DNA of 64,000 bases, from assembly GCA_030264375.1 (NCBI GenBank), contig JASCQW010000099.1:22499752-22563751 (forward strand), in the 5' to 3' direction. The position numbers and the translations under genes were made by a program. Every line of letters starts with the position of its first letter. Positions within the stretch are counted from its first letter, which is position 1. The notes beneath the pieces were generated by a model. That model saw only the letters and a list, made by a program, of their open reading frames with translations, made no database searches and had not been told where the DNA came from. Shown here in pieces: positions 12,657-24,769 of this stretch. The stretch comes from Carcharhinus longimanus (Eukaryota).

Positions 12657-14017
12657 TATTGTATAGGAATCTGGCACTTGTAAGGTTAATGTGGGACTGA
12701 ATAAAGTACCTTCCATACAATTATGTAAGAGAACAAATAACCCGCACCCAGGAGGGTGGAGGGGGGTGTTGGATTGAGATGTGTGCACCAGTAAGCATGG
12801 AGACAGCTTCTTGTATCCATTACTGTATATTTTTGAATAGTTCTAATAGTCAATAAAGACTTACAACTAACCTACATAAGATCATGAAGACTTCTTCAGA
12901 CTTATTGAACTGTGACCAATACCTTACAACATGGTGGCAGCTTGTGGAAAAGCTTAAAGCCTTACAGAAATGCACGGAAAAACTGAAATGTGAAAACATT
13001 GAGAAAACACTCAGCAAAGCGGCTTGACCTGAAAAGAAGCTCTAAAAGTAAAGATGCAGAAGATAAATTGCCTAGAAAATGTCAGCAAACCTAGCCAGGG
13101 TGATCTAAATCTTTTAAAACTCCAGACTACAATAAGCCCTGAGAAATCTTCAAATAATTCAGTGCCAGAAATGCAGTTTGCAGAAATCCATTGCTAAAAT
13201 CTAATCCCCGAGCTCAGCCTGAAACGGAAAAATAGTTAAAGAAATGATCTGGGTAAATTACAGCTTCAGAACTCAGCTGAAAAAAAACTAAAGGCAGAGT
13301 TTGACAAATTTGTAAGTTTAAAGTAAAATGCTGAGCAAGAAAACTTAGCATGCAATCAATCCAGGTTGAGATTGTTGGAAAATATTCCTTTCAAGCTGTC
13401 TATGATTGCCATTGTAAAGGAGCCACCAAAACTGGCAAGCATGAGAAATCTCTTTTGTCTCCAAGTGAATGACAATATCATCTTGAAATTCAGAAAGCGC
13501 TTCAAGCAGAATCTATACTTCCAAAAATTTAATGATGCATCAGAATTGCACGCATCCACAACGATTATTTACCACTAATCCGACAATAGTGTGAACGGGT
13601 TTTGGAAGGGTTATATGGCCGCCAGACTGAATTCAAGGACTTGAAGGGGAGATGGGGTAATGATAGTCTACTAATGATAGTGTAAATATATGATGAAAAC
13701 AACAATGTAAAATATAAGGTCAACTATAATCATGTAAAATGTATTGGATAAAGACTTGGGGGCTGTAGTGTAAGGGTCTGACACATAGGGTTAATTTGGG
13801 ACTGAGTACAGTATCATCCAGACAGTGATGTAACAGAGCACATGACTCACATCCAGGGTCAGTCTGTTGTGGACAGAGTAATGTGTTCCAGTAGCTTGTA
13901 TCCTTTACTGTATATTTGTAAATAGTTCTAAGATTCAATAATAACTTAAGAGTTAACCTATATACGACTATGAAGACTTCTTCAGACCGACTGAATTGTA
14001 ACTAATGCCCTACAATA
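12657..14017 (+). mobile_element. Non-autonomous Gypsy-type LTR retrotransposon (internally deleted), complete ends
   Basis: LTRs 12657-12931 and 13764-14017 are clearly homologous; PBS TGGTGGCAGC 12932-41; G-rich PPT before 13764; perfect 5-bp TSD TTCAG at 12652-56 and 14018-22. Confidence 0.88.
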
Positions 14018-14220
14018 TTCAGCAATGTGTGATTAAGATCTCATGATGTGCTTGTTCTGCATATTTCTGGCAGTCATGGTTTGAGTGCTGTACCTGCACA
14101 GTTTAGCATCTGGTGTGGTTCCACTCAAAAATATGTGTGTGCTGTGGATGCCATTTTGCAACTCTAACGGACGAATATTGAACGACACAAAGAGGGAAAA
14201 GTCCCATAGAGCCAAGGTGG

Positions 14221-14545
14221 GTACTGGAGTACAGTGTGCAGTTTTGGTCACCGCATTTGCGAAAGGATATATTGGCCCTGGAGGGAGTGCAGAGAAGGTT
14301 CACTAGGCTGATACCAGAGANNNNNNNNNNNNNNNNNNNNNNNNNNNNNNNNNNNNNNNNNNNNNNNNNNNNNNNNNNNNNNNNNNNNNNNNNNNNNNNN
14401 NNNNNNNNNNNNNNNNNNNNATGGGGAGAAAGCGGGAAAGTGGAGCTGAGCCACTTCAGATCAGCCATGGTCTTGTTGAATGGCGGGGCAGGCTCGAAGG
14501 GCTAGATGGCCTACTTCTGCTCCTATTTCTTATGTTCTTATGTTT
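14221..14545 (+). mobile_element. CR1 LINE 3' fragment (gap inside)
   Basis: [26 protein letters not shown]; 3' tail tcttatgttcttatg. Confidence 0.85.
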
Positions 14546-14714
14546 TTTGCATCGCCTACTTGGCATTCACAGCCCCTGTGCCTCCTCCAATTGTGTTTGG
14601 CTATCTCCAATTCCTGTACCCACCTGACATCCCGTAACAAAGGACCTGCCATTTAGGACCACTTAGGACCTTCCTAAGGCAGATGTGATGAGTTGGAAAA
14701 ATATCCTGACTGTG

Positions 14715-15150
14715 CTCCTGCCTCAAGAGCAAAAATTCAGACCCTTGTCTCTTGGTACCACAGTTTTGAAACAATATCAAGACTTTGCAGAGGGTGGAGA
14801 GGTGATTTACTAGAAGGGAGTTGATGGAGTAAATAAGGGGAAACTGTTTCCGTGGATAGGAGGGTTGATAACCAAATGACATAGATTTAAGATTAGAACC
14901 AGAGGTGAGATGAGTATTTATGTTAATGCAATCGATTGTTATGATTTTGAACTCACTACCTGAAAGAACAGTGGAAGGAGATTTAATGATAACTTTCAAA
15001 AATAATTTGAATATAGTCTTGAAAAGTAGAAACACTGCTGGGCAATGGGCTAAGATTTGGGGAATGGGACTAATTGAATGGCTCTTTCAAAGAGTTGACA
15101 ATGACATGATGGAATGAATACCCTCTAGTGTTATATAATTGTATGATTCA
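14715..15150 (+). mobile_element. Old CR1 LINE 3' fragment
   Basis: LNSLPERTVEGDLMITFKNNLN; CR1-type 3' UTR. Confidence 0.75.
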
Positions 15151-15559
15151 GTGAAGGGGTTAAGACATTCTGCAGCATATATGAGAAGAGAAGTTTTATT
15201 CAGACAAATTGTGACTAGTGGCAACAGGGAACTGAAGTTTCAGAATTAGTATAATGAATAATCTTCTTGTCTGTTTTATTTGTTTTTTTAAATATGGGAT
15301 TATACTACTTAAATTATTTTTTAAAAAATCTGGATTAAAATTGGATTATAAAAGTCCATCAATGTTACAATTTTTGGTTTGTCACAAAAATTCAACAAGG
15401 TAACCAAGCTAAACTTTTTCACTTGTTCAATCAATTTCTTTGACTGGAGTATATAGATTTCAGAAATTTCCTTCCTGCTTTAATTATATTGAGAAACGTA
15501 ATGACTTATTTTTAATACCTGTCAATATAAATTCAAAGCTGGATGAGGATGATAAACTG

Positions 15560-16125
15560 CTAGAAGAGGGAGGGGAAAGAAGAAAGGGAGGAAACTGTCA
15601 TCAGGAGGCCATAACTCCAGAGTGTTCAGGGAGCAATTCTCCAATCTGAACATCAGTAATAGCCACTGAGATGCCCATGTTTCAGTAAGAAGGTTATCAT
15701 TGAAATTTGCCAACAGTAGCAGCCACTTCAGAGCAGGGCAAGGACTACATTTCAGTGGCTGTGAGCAAATTTGAACTTATATGAATCTGGTTCCTTCCAG
15801 ACTGCTGCTGGATGTGTTGTACACTGTCACACAAGGGTGGTCACTGAGGTTCTCTATGCAAAGGGGAATATTTACTTATCACTCTCTTTTCCAGAGAGAA
15901 ATGGACAGAGTTAGTATGGGTGTTTTCAAGGATTCAAGGCTTCCCATGATGCATGGTGTCATTAATACCACAAACATTGCTTTGCATGTGCTTCATGTCA
16001 ACTCTTCCTTGTAGCTGGAATAAAAGGGTTTCTACTTCCTAACATGCAGCTAGTATATGACCACAAACTATGCATCATGTGGGCCAATACCTGATATCCT
16101 GGCAGCAGTCATGATGCCTTTCAAT
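15560..16125 (+). pseudogene. Harbinger DDE transposase (HARBI1-like) remnant
   Basis: Across frameshifts: RVFREQFSNLN, YESGSFQTAAG, LPMMHGVINTTNIAL (cf. GFPxVxGxIDCTHVAL), KGFY..NMQLVYDH, YPGSSHDAF. Confidence 0.8.
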
Positions 16126-16782
16126 AACTACATCAAATGAAACAGCAACTACAGTCAGCCATTCTTCACTCTTTCCCAGATCAGATTCAGTTGCAGATCA
16201 ACACCCAAAGCTTGTTCCAGCCACAATGCATCTCCCCTTCAAAAGGTGCAGGCTAACACTAAATATTGCAGGTAACTTTAAGCAGTAATGTCACTAACGA
16301 TATTGGACTCCCTGCTGCTGTGTGTATACAGAAATCATTATAATAAGCAGGTAGCATGAAGACGGTGTATACTCCTTGCATTACACTGGAGAGGCATTGA
16401 TCTCTCATTGTCATCCCAAGGGCCATTTTCATTGGTTACCCAATTTAACTCCCATTATTTTTAAAACAGAATAAAATGTCAATAAATAGAAAAAATTGAA
16501 AGTGTAGACTTTAAATATACTGGACTAAGACAGTCAATCTTTATATAGCTTTGTGCGCTTTTCACATTCAGAACAGAAACTTGACAGTTTGTTTTAAGAG
16601 ATAAGCATGTGTTTTGCTGAGGATCGTGAAATGCTGTTAAAACATTCCCAGAAAAATACAATTCTTTTACGGAACTACTGTGGGTAGTCTGATTTGAAAA
16701 AAGAAAATGTTGATTGCTCTCTTAATTTGTCTATTTCCCTTTCCATGTTTTGAATCTGATCAGTTCTCTTTATTTGCCATAG

Positions 16783-17014
16783 AACTGCGGCCTGATCCAG
16801 CAAAGTACTGTTCATGTGGTGCAGTACACTTCTCGACCAACTCAAGGACCGCTGAGCAATTCAAGTACAGGACTTCTAAAGAGATGTGGAAAGGAAGTAG
16901 CTACCTTTAATCAGATGGATCTCAGTGCATCTGCCTTTCCAAGACATTCTACAGATCTCAAAGCTGTCCTGGAAAATGGAGACCAAGGTCATGGTAGCCA
17001 TTTTGAAACTCCAG
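16783..17014 (+). CDS. prkn: Parkin RBR E3 ubiquitin ligase, internal coding exon equivalent to human exon 3 (Ubl C-terminus plus Ubl-RING0 linker)
   Basis: Acceptor ttctctttatttgccatAG (AG 16781-82) and donor CAG|gtaaag (17015). Length 232 nt, phase 0 to phase 1, no stops: NCGLIQQSTVHVVQYTSRPTQGPLSNSSTGLLKRCGKEVATFNQMDLSASAFPRHSTDLKAVLENGDQGHGSHFETP(G). Aligns with human parkin 58-137 as I recall it (NCDLDQQSIVHIVQ...[29 protein letters not shown]...GSP). Human exon 3 is 241 nt with the same phases, so a single 3-codon difference explains the length. Confidence 0.93.
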
Positions 17015-17128
17015 GTAAAGGCCTTAGGCTTTTTTTCAACAATATACTGTTATATCTGGTCAATTTATTCCATAGGATAAAACTTAATGGGCTGTAACTT
17101 CCAAGCTCCAGGTAAGTGTATCTGGAAT

Positions 17129-17172
17129 TGGGGTGGGGGTGGGGGGGGGGGGGGGGGGGGGCGGGGGGGGGG
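17129..17172 (+). repeat. Poly-G tract abutting an N gap
   Basis: Directly visible; true length unknown. Confidence 0.6.
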
Positions 17173-18261
17173 NNNNNNNNNNNNNNNNNNNNNNNNNNNN
17201 NNNNNNNNNNNNNNNNNNNNNNNNNNNNNNNNNNNNNNNNNNNNNNNNNNNNNNNNNNNNNNNNNNNNNNNNAGGGAGGCGTGTTGTGAATGGGGGTGGT
17301 AGTGCAAAGATGTACTGGGGAACCCCCTCACCTACCCCCAGACGTCTCCATATAAGCGTTGCATGGAAATTGGTTGGAAAGTTCAAACTTTCTTTTGGCA
17401 ATTACTGTACACTGGGAACCATCCGATAATGCAATTTAAATGGCAAACTTCAGATGGTTCTGTCATGCAGCAACAGATCCCAGAAAAAGTTAGAAAAATT
17501 TAAATCACTTCTAGCTTCTGAGTAACTCTGTACATTCCAAACACCCCATGGACTGCTCTCATCCCAGATTCTCCACAGAACTCCCCCATCTCGCGACCAG
17601 CACCACCCCCGCAACCCACCATGAGACTTGCCCCACATCCTATCAACTCTCCCTGACTTTGCATGAGACTTCCCCCATTTCCCCATTTCTATCCCTGACT
17701 ACCTCGACCCACCACAGGACTCCCATATCCCTCCACTAACCCCAACTCCCCGTGGCACTCCCCTAACCTCCCTACTACCCCAACCTTCCCCCAGTCCCGC
17801 AAAGGACTCCCAGAATCCCCCTGACCACCCACAGGACTCCTCCAAACCCATCATCACTCCCTCAGCTACCCCTACCAATAACTCCCCTGCAGGCACAACC
17901 TGCCCCCACCCCCACCACTGCATGCTCCAGGCACAGTCTGACCTGACTTCCCACTCAGGCCGAACCTGCACTTCCAACCCACCTCAGGCTTGACCAGCCC
18001 CATCACCTGCCACAAGGCTCGAACCAACCCAGCTTGGCCCCACCTTCAAATTTCACTTTATAGACTTACCTTTTGGCTTACTTACCTTTGACAAATCTAC
18101 CCTCCATTGTAGGTCTTGAGTATCAACTGTGCAGGAGGGATCTCACCTACACTGAGGAAGAAGGTTGGATGAGATAGGAGTGCACTCATTTTAACTTAAG
18201 AAACTAGGACCAGAGTGCCATTCCATCTCAATTCCCATCCACCAGAGATTATAGGCTAAGA

Positions 18262-21200
18262 CCTCCTAACAATAACCTGACTCCAACTGCAGCCTCCAGC
18301 CCCAGGATGTGCGCCTTTGCTCCCACTAGGCCCAGATTCATGCACTCACACTTCATTGGTTCTGGCCTGGTTACATGATCCATGAAGGATTGACCATGAA
18401 AGGGGCCACGCTATCATACTCCTTCCCTCCTAATTACTTGGACTATCTATGGTAAAACAAAATAAAGGTTAAAACATAGGCAGGCAAACAAAATTACAGG
18501 AGGCACACCAGGGAAAAACAATTAATAATGTCAGTCAGCCTGGGGACTTCTGGACCACTGCAGAACACCGCAGCTCTGCCAGTCCCTTCCTCTGCCTCAG
18601 CCACTGAAGACAGAGGCGGCCTTAGCCTCACACAGGTGTAGAAATCTCTGGTTCAGCAACTGGTACATATGAACTGGATGCAGGGCCCGCTTGCTCATCT
18701 CTTGGAGCTGGCTCTATTCTCTTGCATAAGTGGTTGTCATGCTTCTCTATTCAACGACCAGTGACTCCATCGCATGTGAGATTGTCTACTCCACAACTCT
18801 CGCTGGGACTACCCAGGCAAGTCCGCCAACAAAATTCCTTGGCAAAATAAGGTAGTCCACATTAAATGATTCTGTCCCTTTTCTGTGTTTCATGATACTC
18901 TTTCTGAGAAGCTTGTCTATCTCCAGCCTCCCCGACAAATTTGGGAGCACTATGTCCAAACAAATATGAAGGCGCTGGCCCATTTGCGATTCTGCAGGCA
19001 TGACCCCAGTGGTGGCATGTAGTGTTGGACAGGAAAAGAACTTGTCAATCACAATGGTAGTTGTCTATAAGCTTGCATTTTCATGGAAGTCTTGAACACC
19101 TGCATGGTTCATTCTCCTAACCTATTCGAGGCCAGATTGTAGAGAGCTGATCTAACAAGATGAATGCCATTAGACTTGACCATAGTCTGAAATTTGTCAA
19201 TTGTGAATGTCATTCCATTGCCTGATGCCAAAACTTTGGGAAGACCATGAATCGCAAAGATCTGCCTCAGTTTATCAATAGTGGACATGGCTGCGGTGGA
19301 TCTCAAGAGCTGAAAGTCTGGCCACTTGGAATGAACATCTACTAGAATAAAGAACATGTGACCCAAAAATGGCCCAGCAAAACCTACATGAAGCCACAAC
19401 CATGGATGGCCCAGCCACTCTAAGGGTGCATGTTCACTGGTGGTGGTAATGCTTGCTTGGTCTGACAACTTTCACATTGCTGAACCATTTGTTCAATTTT
19501 TCTGTCAATGCCAGGCCACCAGACATAATTTCTGGCTAATGCTTTATTCTGGTTGGGCATCATATAGCACTTGATGCAGTGGCTGTCACCCTGGGGCTGG
19601 TACAATGATACGGGCCCCCTCAATAGCACACCATCTTTGTAGGATATCTCATCCCTGCATTGCAAATATGGCTTCTTTTGCTGTGCCTTGTTGATGCGTC
19701 ACTCTGTCAGGACCGTCTTCTTGACCTTTGACAGAAACAGATCTCTCTCTTTCTGTCTGTGATTTAATGTGGGCTGCTGAGACAGGCAGGATGTTCAAAA
19801 AATACAAAGCCAATAATATTCCCTGTGAAACAGGTGACGATGGTATGTTCTGTGGCAGGACGAGGTGGCATAATGCATCTGCGCTCAATATCTGTGTTCC
19901 CAGCCTATGCTGGAAAGTATAGTATGGTACCAGCAGCAAAGCTAAGGCAATAGGCACTGCTTACCCTCCTGGAAAAACCCCAACAATGGCTTTTGGTCTG
20001 AGATACTGGTGAAATGCCATCTGTAGATGTACAGTTGAAGTTTCTTCACTGCATAGATGACTGCCAAGCTTTTTTTGTCTTTTTTCTCAACATTTAACAA
20101 AGTCCTCAAAGCAAATGCAATTGGTTTCTCCACCCCCATCTGACATTCTGTGAGACAGAACTGCTCCAAATCAATATGACAACATGTCACAAGTGACTAC
20201 TAATGGCTTACTCGGATTGAAGCGTACAAGCAGTGTTGATGTCTGTAATGCTTGGTTGCCTTTGATAAACGCTTCTTTTTGCATGTCTCCCCACTTTCTT
20301 CGCTGCTGCATTTTTAAAAGCTTGGAGGGGGGGCAGAATTGTTATGTTCAGCAGGAACCTTCTGTAGTAATATTTTAGGAAAGATTTTAGTTCTGTCACA
20401 TTCCTAGGCACAGGCCCTAGGGGTAGCTGAGTTCTTTGGTTCCTATATAATATGAGTACAGAGGTTGTCTCCACTATCTTTAGTAATAGTCGCCAGAATA
20501 GTCCCAGAATGGCCAAGACTTAAGGGCTGCAATCTCTTTTGGAGATGTTTGAGTGTCTTTTCACCAATGACAGTGGCCACAGCACCCATATCAACCTCCA
20601 TTTTTAGGGGGCAGTCATTTACCATTGAGACCATATCAGTGGAGGCATCTTGTTGAGTTGGATTTGATTAAGCGTGTAAGCCTTGGATCTATCCTTTGGT
20701 TCCTCCCTTTGCCAGGTTATGCACAGCTGTTGTATTCATTGTTTCCTATTTTTTGGAGTTTGCTGTGCAGCCTGCTTCACTCTACATCTAGCCTATAGGT
20801 AACCCTTCTTTTTACATTTAAAACAGATTCACCTCTTGCATGAGCATGTCTCTTGAGGGTGGTCTCCTCTAACCTGAAAACATGCCTCAGATCTTGGTGC
20901 TGAATGACACTTTGCAGGCTCCGTTGCTTCCTCCTTTGGGCTGTTCCTAGCAACAGCATTTTCTTGCCACAACTGATTCACCTCATTCTGCAAGTCTTAT
21001 GGCTCACACTCGCCTTTTTCAGTGAACTTAGTCATTTCTGCCATCGCTACTGCTTTTCCTAGTGAAATCTTGGTTTCAACAAGCAGTTTTTTTTAGGTGT
21101 TGGGTTTGTTAATCCCAAAACCAAACAAACCCTCAATATGTCTCCCAACGAAAGCTCGAACTAGCAGTGTTCAGCCTGCTGCTAAAGTCTTGTCACAAAT

Positions 21201-21965
21201 CTGGAGACCATCTCTCCTGACTCCCTAACCACATAATGAAATTCGTACCTTTGCATGGNNNNNNNNNNNNNNNNNNNNNNNNNNNNNNNNNNNNNNNNNN
21301 NNNNNNNNNNNNNNNNNNNNNNNNNNNNNNNNNNNNNNNNNNNNNNNNNNNNNNNNNNTACTGGAAGGTCAGGGGCTGCAATGATCACAAACTAAATTGA
21401 CTAACTGGTTGAAGGTTTTTGTGTCTGGAGCTTCGGGTATTAACCTCATCAGGTTTTAAGTCTGTGGGCTGCAGATTGTGAAGGGTATCACCTACTGTTT
21501 CTCCATGACTGCTATTTTGTTTGCCAAGAAAAAATACTGTAGCACCTCAGTGTCTTCAACTCTCGATCTAGATGTTGAATGGCTGTATTTTCCTGAATAG
21601 TTGAATCGGGCATCTTTAAAATGGAGTCTTTTTCCTTTGCACTTTGACTTCGAGTGGCCTCTCTTCTCTGCAGAGTGGCTTTCAATGACTGATCCAGTTT
21701 GTCCTTATCGCCAGCGTAGCAACTCGAGGTGACTTGATGTGGCAAGTAACCAACTAAAGAATCTGTTGATTAAGAAGAACTATATCCAGCAAAGGAAGTA
21801 ACAGCACAGCAATATTGACCCACTACTAACATCATCTTGACTTCAAAGGCAGCCTACAGCCTCAGGGATGCAAATAGACCCAGGTTCATGTTTTTGCACT
21901 CCATTCTTCCGATACAGCCACATGGCCCACAAGAGATTGGCCATTAAAGGGGCCATGCTTCCACA
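18262..21965 (-). mobile_element. Gypsy (Mag-like) LTR retrotransposon, decayed, both LTRs recognisable, RT core deleted
   Basis: 5' LTR ~21715-21965 and partial 3' LTR ~18262-18418 share blocks (aac..a.c.tgact.caa..gcagcct.cagcc.cagg; tag.cccag.ttcatg; gatt..ccat.aaaggggcca.gct). PBS TGGCGATAAGG 21713-21703; PPT GGAGGGAAGGAG 18430-18419. Protease LKMEVDMGA, RNase H EKPIAFALRTL/ISDQKPLLG, integrase ARNYVWWPGIDRKIEQMVQQCESCQ and HVGFAGPFLGHMFFILVDVHSKW. Confidence 0.9.
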
Positions 21966-22622
21966 GAAACAATTTTTGTTAAGAAGTGTGTCAGCAAATT
22001 GTAACAGCCTATGTCAGCAAAGGCATGATGGTTTGGGTTCTTTATTTGCCATCTGCAATTTTAACTAACTAATTTTGTCACAGGATAGCAATAGTTCAAC
22101 AAATTTCAGACTGCTCTTTCATCAGCATAAATACATAAAAGATTTTTCTAACTGCAATATATAAAAACTTTCAATTAATAGTTCATTAGCTGTCACAGCA
22201 AACAAAACTGCACACTTTTGAGGACAATGAATTTCCTTTAAGGAGAATTAACTAGTTTGACTAACTTAAGATAGAATATTTCAGCCTCTTTCAAGTAGGG
22301 AAAGCCAGGGCTGGATTTTATGTCCCACCCACTGGCCTTGAATTCCTGCCTGGAGGGCTGGGAACTACATTCCCTTTCTGTCAATAGCATTCTTCACCCA
22401 GGCAAATGTTGAGGCTGAATCAAACTATTTGGAAGCATTTTGTAGTATTTGGTGCTGAGATGACCAGTGCCGTCACTAAGACCATCTATTCCACCTCTGT
22501 AACATTGTCCAACTTTGCCCATTCTCAGTTAATCTGTGTTTAGCTGACTCTGGAGTTCCCTCCTTAAGTCTTTCTACCTCTCCTTCCTCCGTCATCCCAT
22601 TTAAGGTTTTCCTTAAAGCCTA

Positions 22623-22920
22623 TAGGCAGAATTTTCTGATACCACCCCCCCCACTCCCCCCAGCACCAACATATTTTCTGGTGATGGAGGCTGCTCACCA
22701 TTGGCGTGGAAAATATATTAGGACAGATGACCATGAGCTTGGTCAAAGAGTTAAGCCAAACTTTTCTGGCCGTTCCAGCCAACAGGATCTTCTAGTCCTG
22801 CTGATATCTGTGGGGATTTGCATGCACTGCATCCTTTGTCACCATGAACACATCGTGGGGGGTCACCATCAGCAAGACTGGAAGAACCCGTTGGTGGGAA
22901 GGGCTAGAAAATTTTGGCCT
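22623..22920. mobile_element. MITE-like element
   Basis: Imperfect TIRs aggcagaattttct ... agaaaattttggcct. Confidence 0.5.
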
Positions 22921-23769
22921 GCCTTTTGAGCAAGCCTTTGGTCAACTATCCTTATATACTTTTTTATTGACAATACACTTGTTAAGTATCTGTAAGTTTT
23001 GTTATGTTGATGACACTGCATCAATGCAAACTATTAGTGTTGTTGCATTTCCTTTAGTCTGTGTTCAGTTTATCTTTGGGTATCTCAGTGTACCCTATAA
23101 AATATTTCCCTTGTGCGGAGCAGCCTGAGTAATGGGAGGCGGCTGCTTTATGGTGGGTTCCTCAGATATACTGGTGGAGGTAAACACTATTTCTACGATG
23201 GAAAGGTTGATCCCCAAGTTCTGTGCAAATCTTTTGTTCCAAGATAGTGCTGCACTCCTCCATACTCCTTGACATTAAACACAGGATTTCTGGCAGCCTT
23301 CCTTGTGCACTAATCATTTTGTTTGCATTCTAATATACCTTCTTCTGTTGCCTAAACTGTCAAATTCCTCTTCTGACTCCTCTGCAGCAGAATTGGTGTG
23401 GGATTTTACCATCCAGCAAATTGGCACCTGTGTAATCTTCCCCCCTCCCCCCTCCCCCGCCCCTAGTTTTTGCACAGTTGTAAGTCGGTCATTCCCTTAG
23501 GCTGGCCTCTAAAATACGCTCAGTGTCAGTCTCTAAGCTGATTAATGTGAATGTAAGATTGACAGAGCCTCTTCAACTTCACTGTCTTTTCCCTCTTTCT
23601 CCTCTAACCAGAAAGTTTCCAGTTGTTGAGTATCTGAAAAGAAAATGTGTCAAGGATTGTTCTGGGGAGAGAGGAGAAAGTACAGAGNNNNNNNNNNNNN
23701 NNNNNNNNNNNNNNNNNNNNNAAAGATTGTTAGATATGGAGGAAGTGAGATGAACAAAAGAGGATTGGG

Positions 23770-24325
23770 TACACAGGCACTCCCATCATCTGCCTCTCCA
23801 GCTGTCCTAGTCACTATAGCCTCAACAATGCCCTTTTTCGTGATGTCATTTTCACTGGGTCAAAACATACAGGCATATTTGTCCTCCTTAAGTTCTTTCC
23901 TCCTGCCTCCTGTTAGGCACCAGCCCCTCCCGCAAGAAAAAAAGTGTGTCAGTGAATGGTTTTATTGGGACATGTGACTGTCATAGTTGAGTTGCAGTCA
24001 ATCTGTGCAAGCCGAGTTGTGGCTGTGTAATTTGTAACATTGCTAAGTGTGTGAAGGTGAGATAAAGCATAAGAGAGGAAGGGTTCAGTACTTATGGAGA
24101 TTGTTAGTCGGTGAGTAATGGAGGTGTAGTGAATTGAGCAGTCGATGAACTAGTCGTAGGATATGCCATTTGAAGATTGAAATCACTCACCTTGACAGCT
24201 TGTGTCAGATTGATAAACTTCTTCCTTCACTGCATCCATATGCTTGGAGCTATGCTCGTGGCATTAACCTCCATTGTTACTTCTTTCCACTGCCTCCTTA
24301 GCACGTCTCAAGGGCCTCCTGTGGA
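23770..24325 (-). pseudogene. Harbinger Myb-like gene remnant (exons 1-2)
   Basis: LRRQWKEVTMEVNATSIAPSIWMQ*RKKFINLTQAVK|gtgagt (donor at 24190); exon 2 NRRQEERT*GG. Confidence 0.75.
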
Positions 24326-24769
24326 TATACAATATCTCTCTTTCTCTTCACATTTTACACTAAAACTAAAACTAGTACATTATCAGAAAATCTCACTGTA
24401 CGCTAACCTGCATGTTCAGCCATTCTTAAAGTATCGACACACTTTCAATTTTCAAACAACTCGCACCACTTCGTATCCTCAGTGCACCTTCCCTTTAACA
24501 GGTGCAGCTTGCCTTTAAGCAGCATTAGTAAATTGTGACATTAATTCCCTTACTCATGCATGCATCCACTGATAAGCACAGGTAGTGCTGGCTGCAAACA
24601 GCCATCATGTAAAACAGCAGGCAGCAAAAATTTAACATTCCATATGCAATGTAATGCCCAGGCTCAGAATGATCATATACTGCAATTCCCATGCCTGTTT
24701 TCAGGGAATATCCATTTTAACCCTTTACTGATTAAAATTAAATGAAAAAAAAGGCTTATGGTAAAAGTT

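Noticed and set aside
17129-17172. Strong G-quadruplex next to the exon as a standalone finding
   Set aside because: Poly-G beside a gap can be a sequencing artefact; used only as weak support for the alternative donor.
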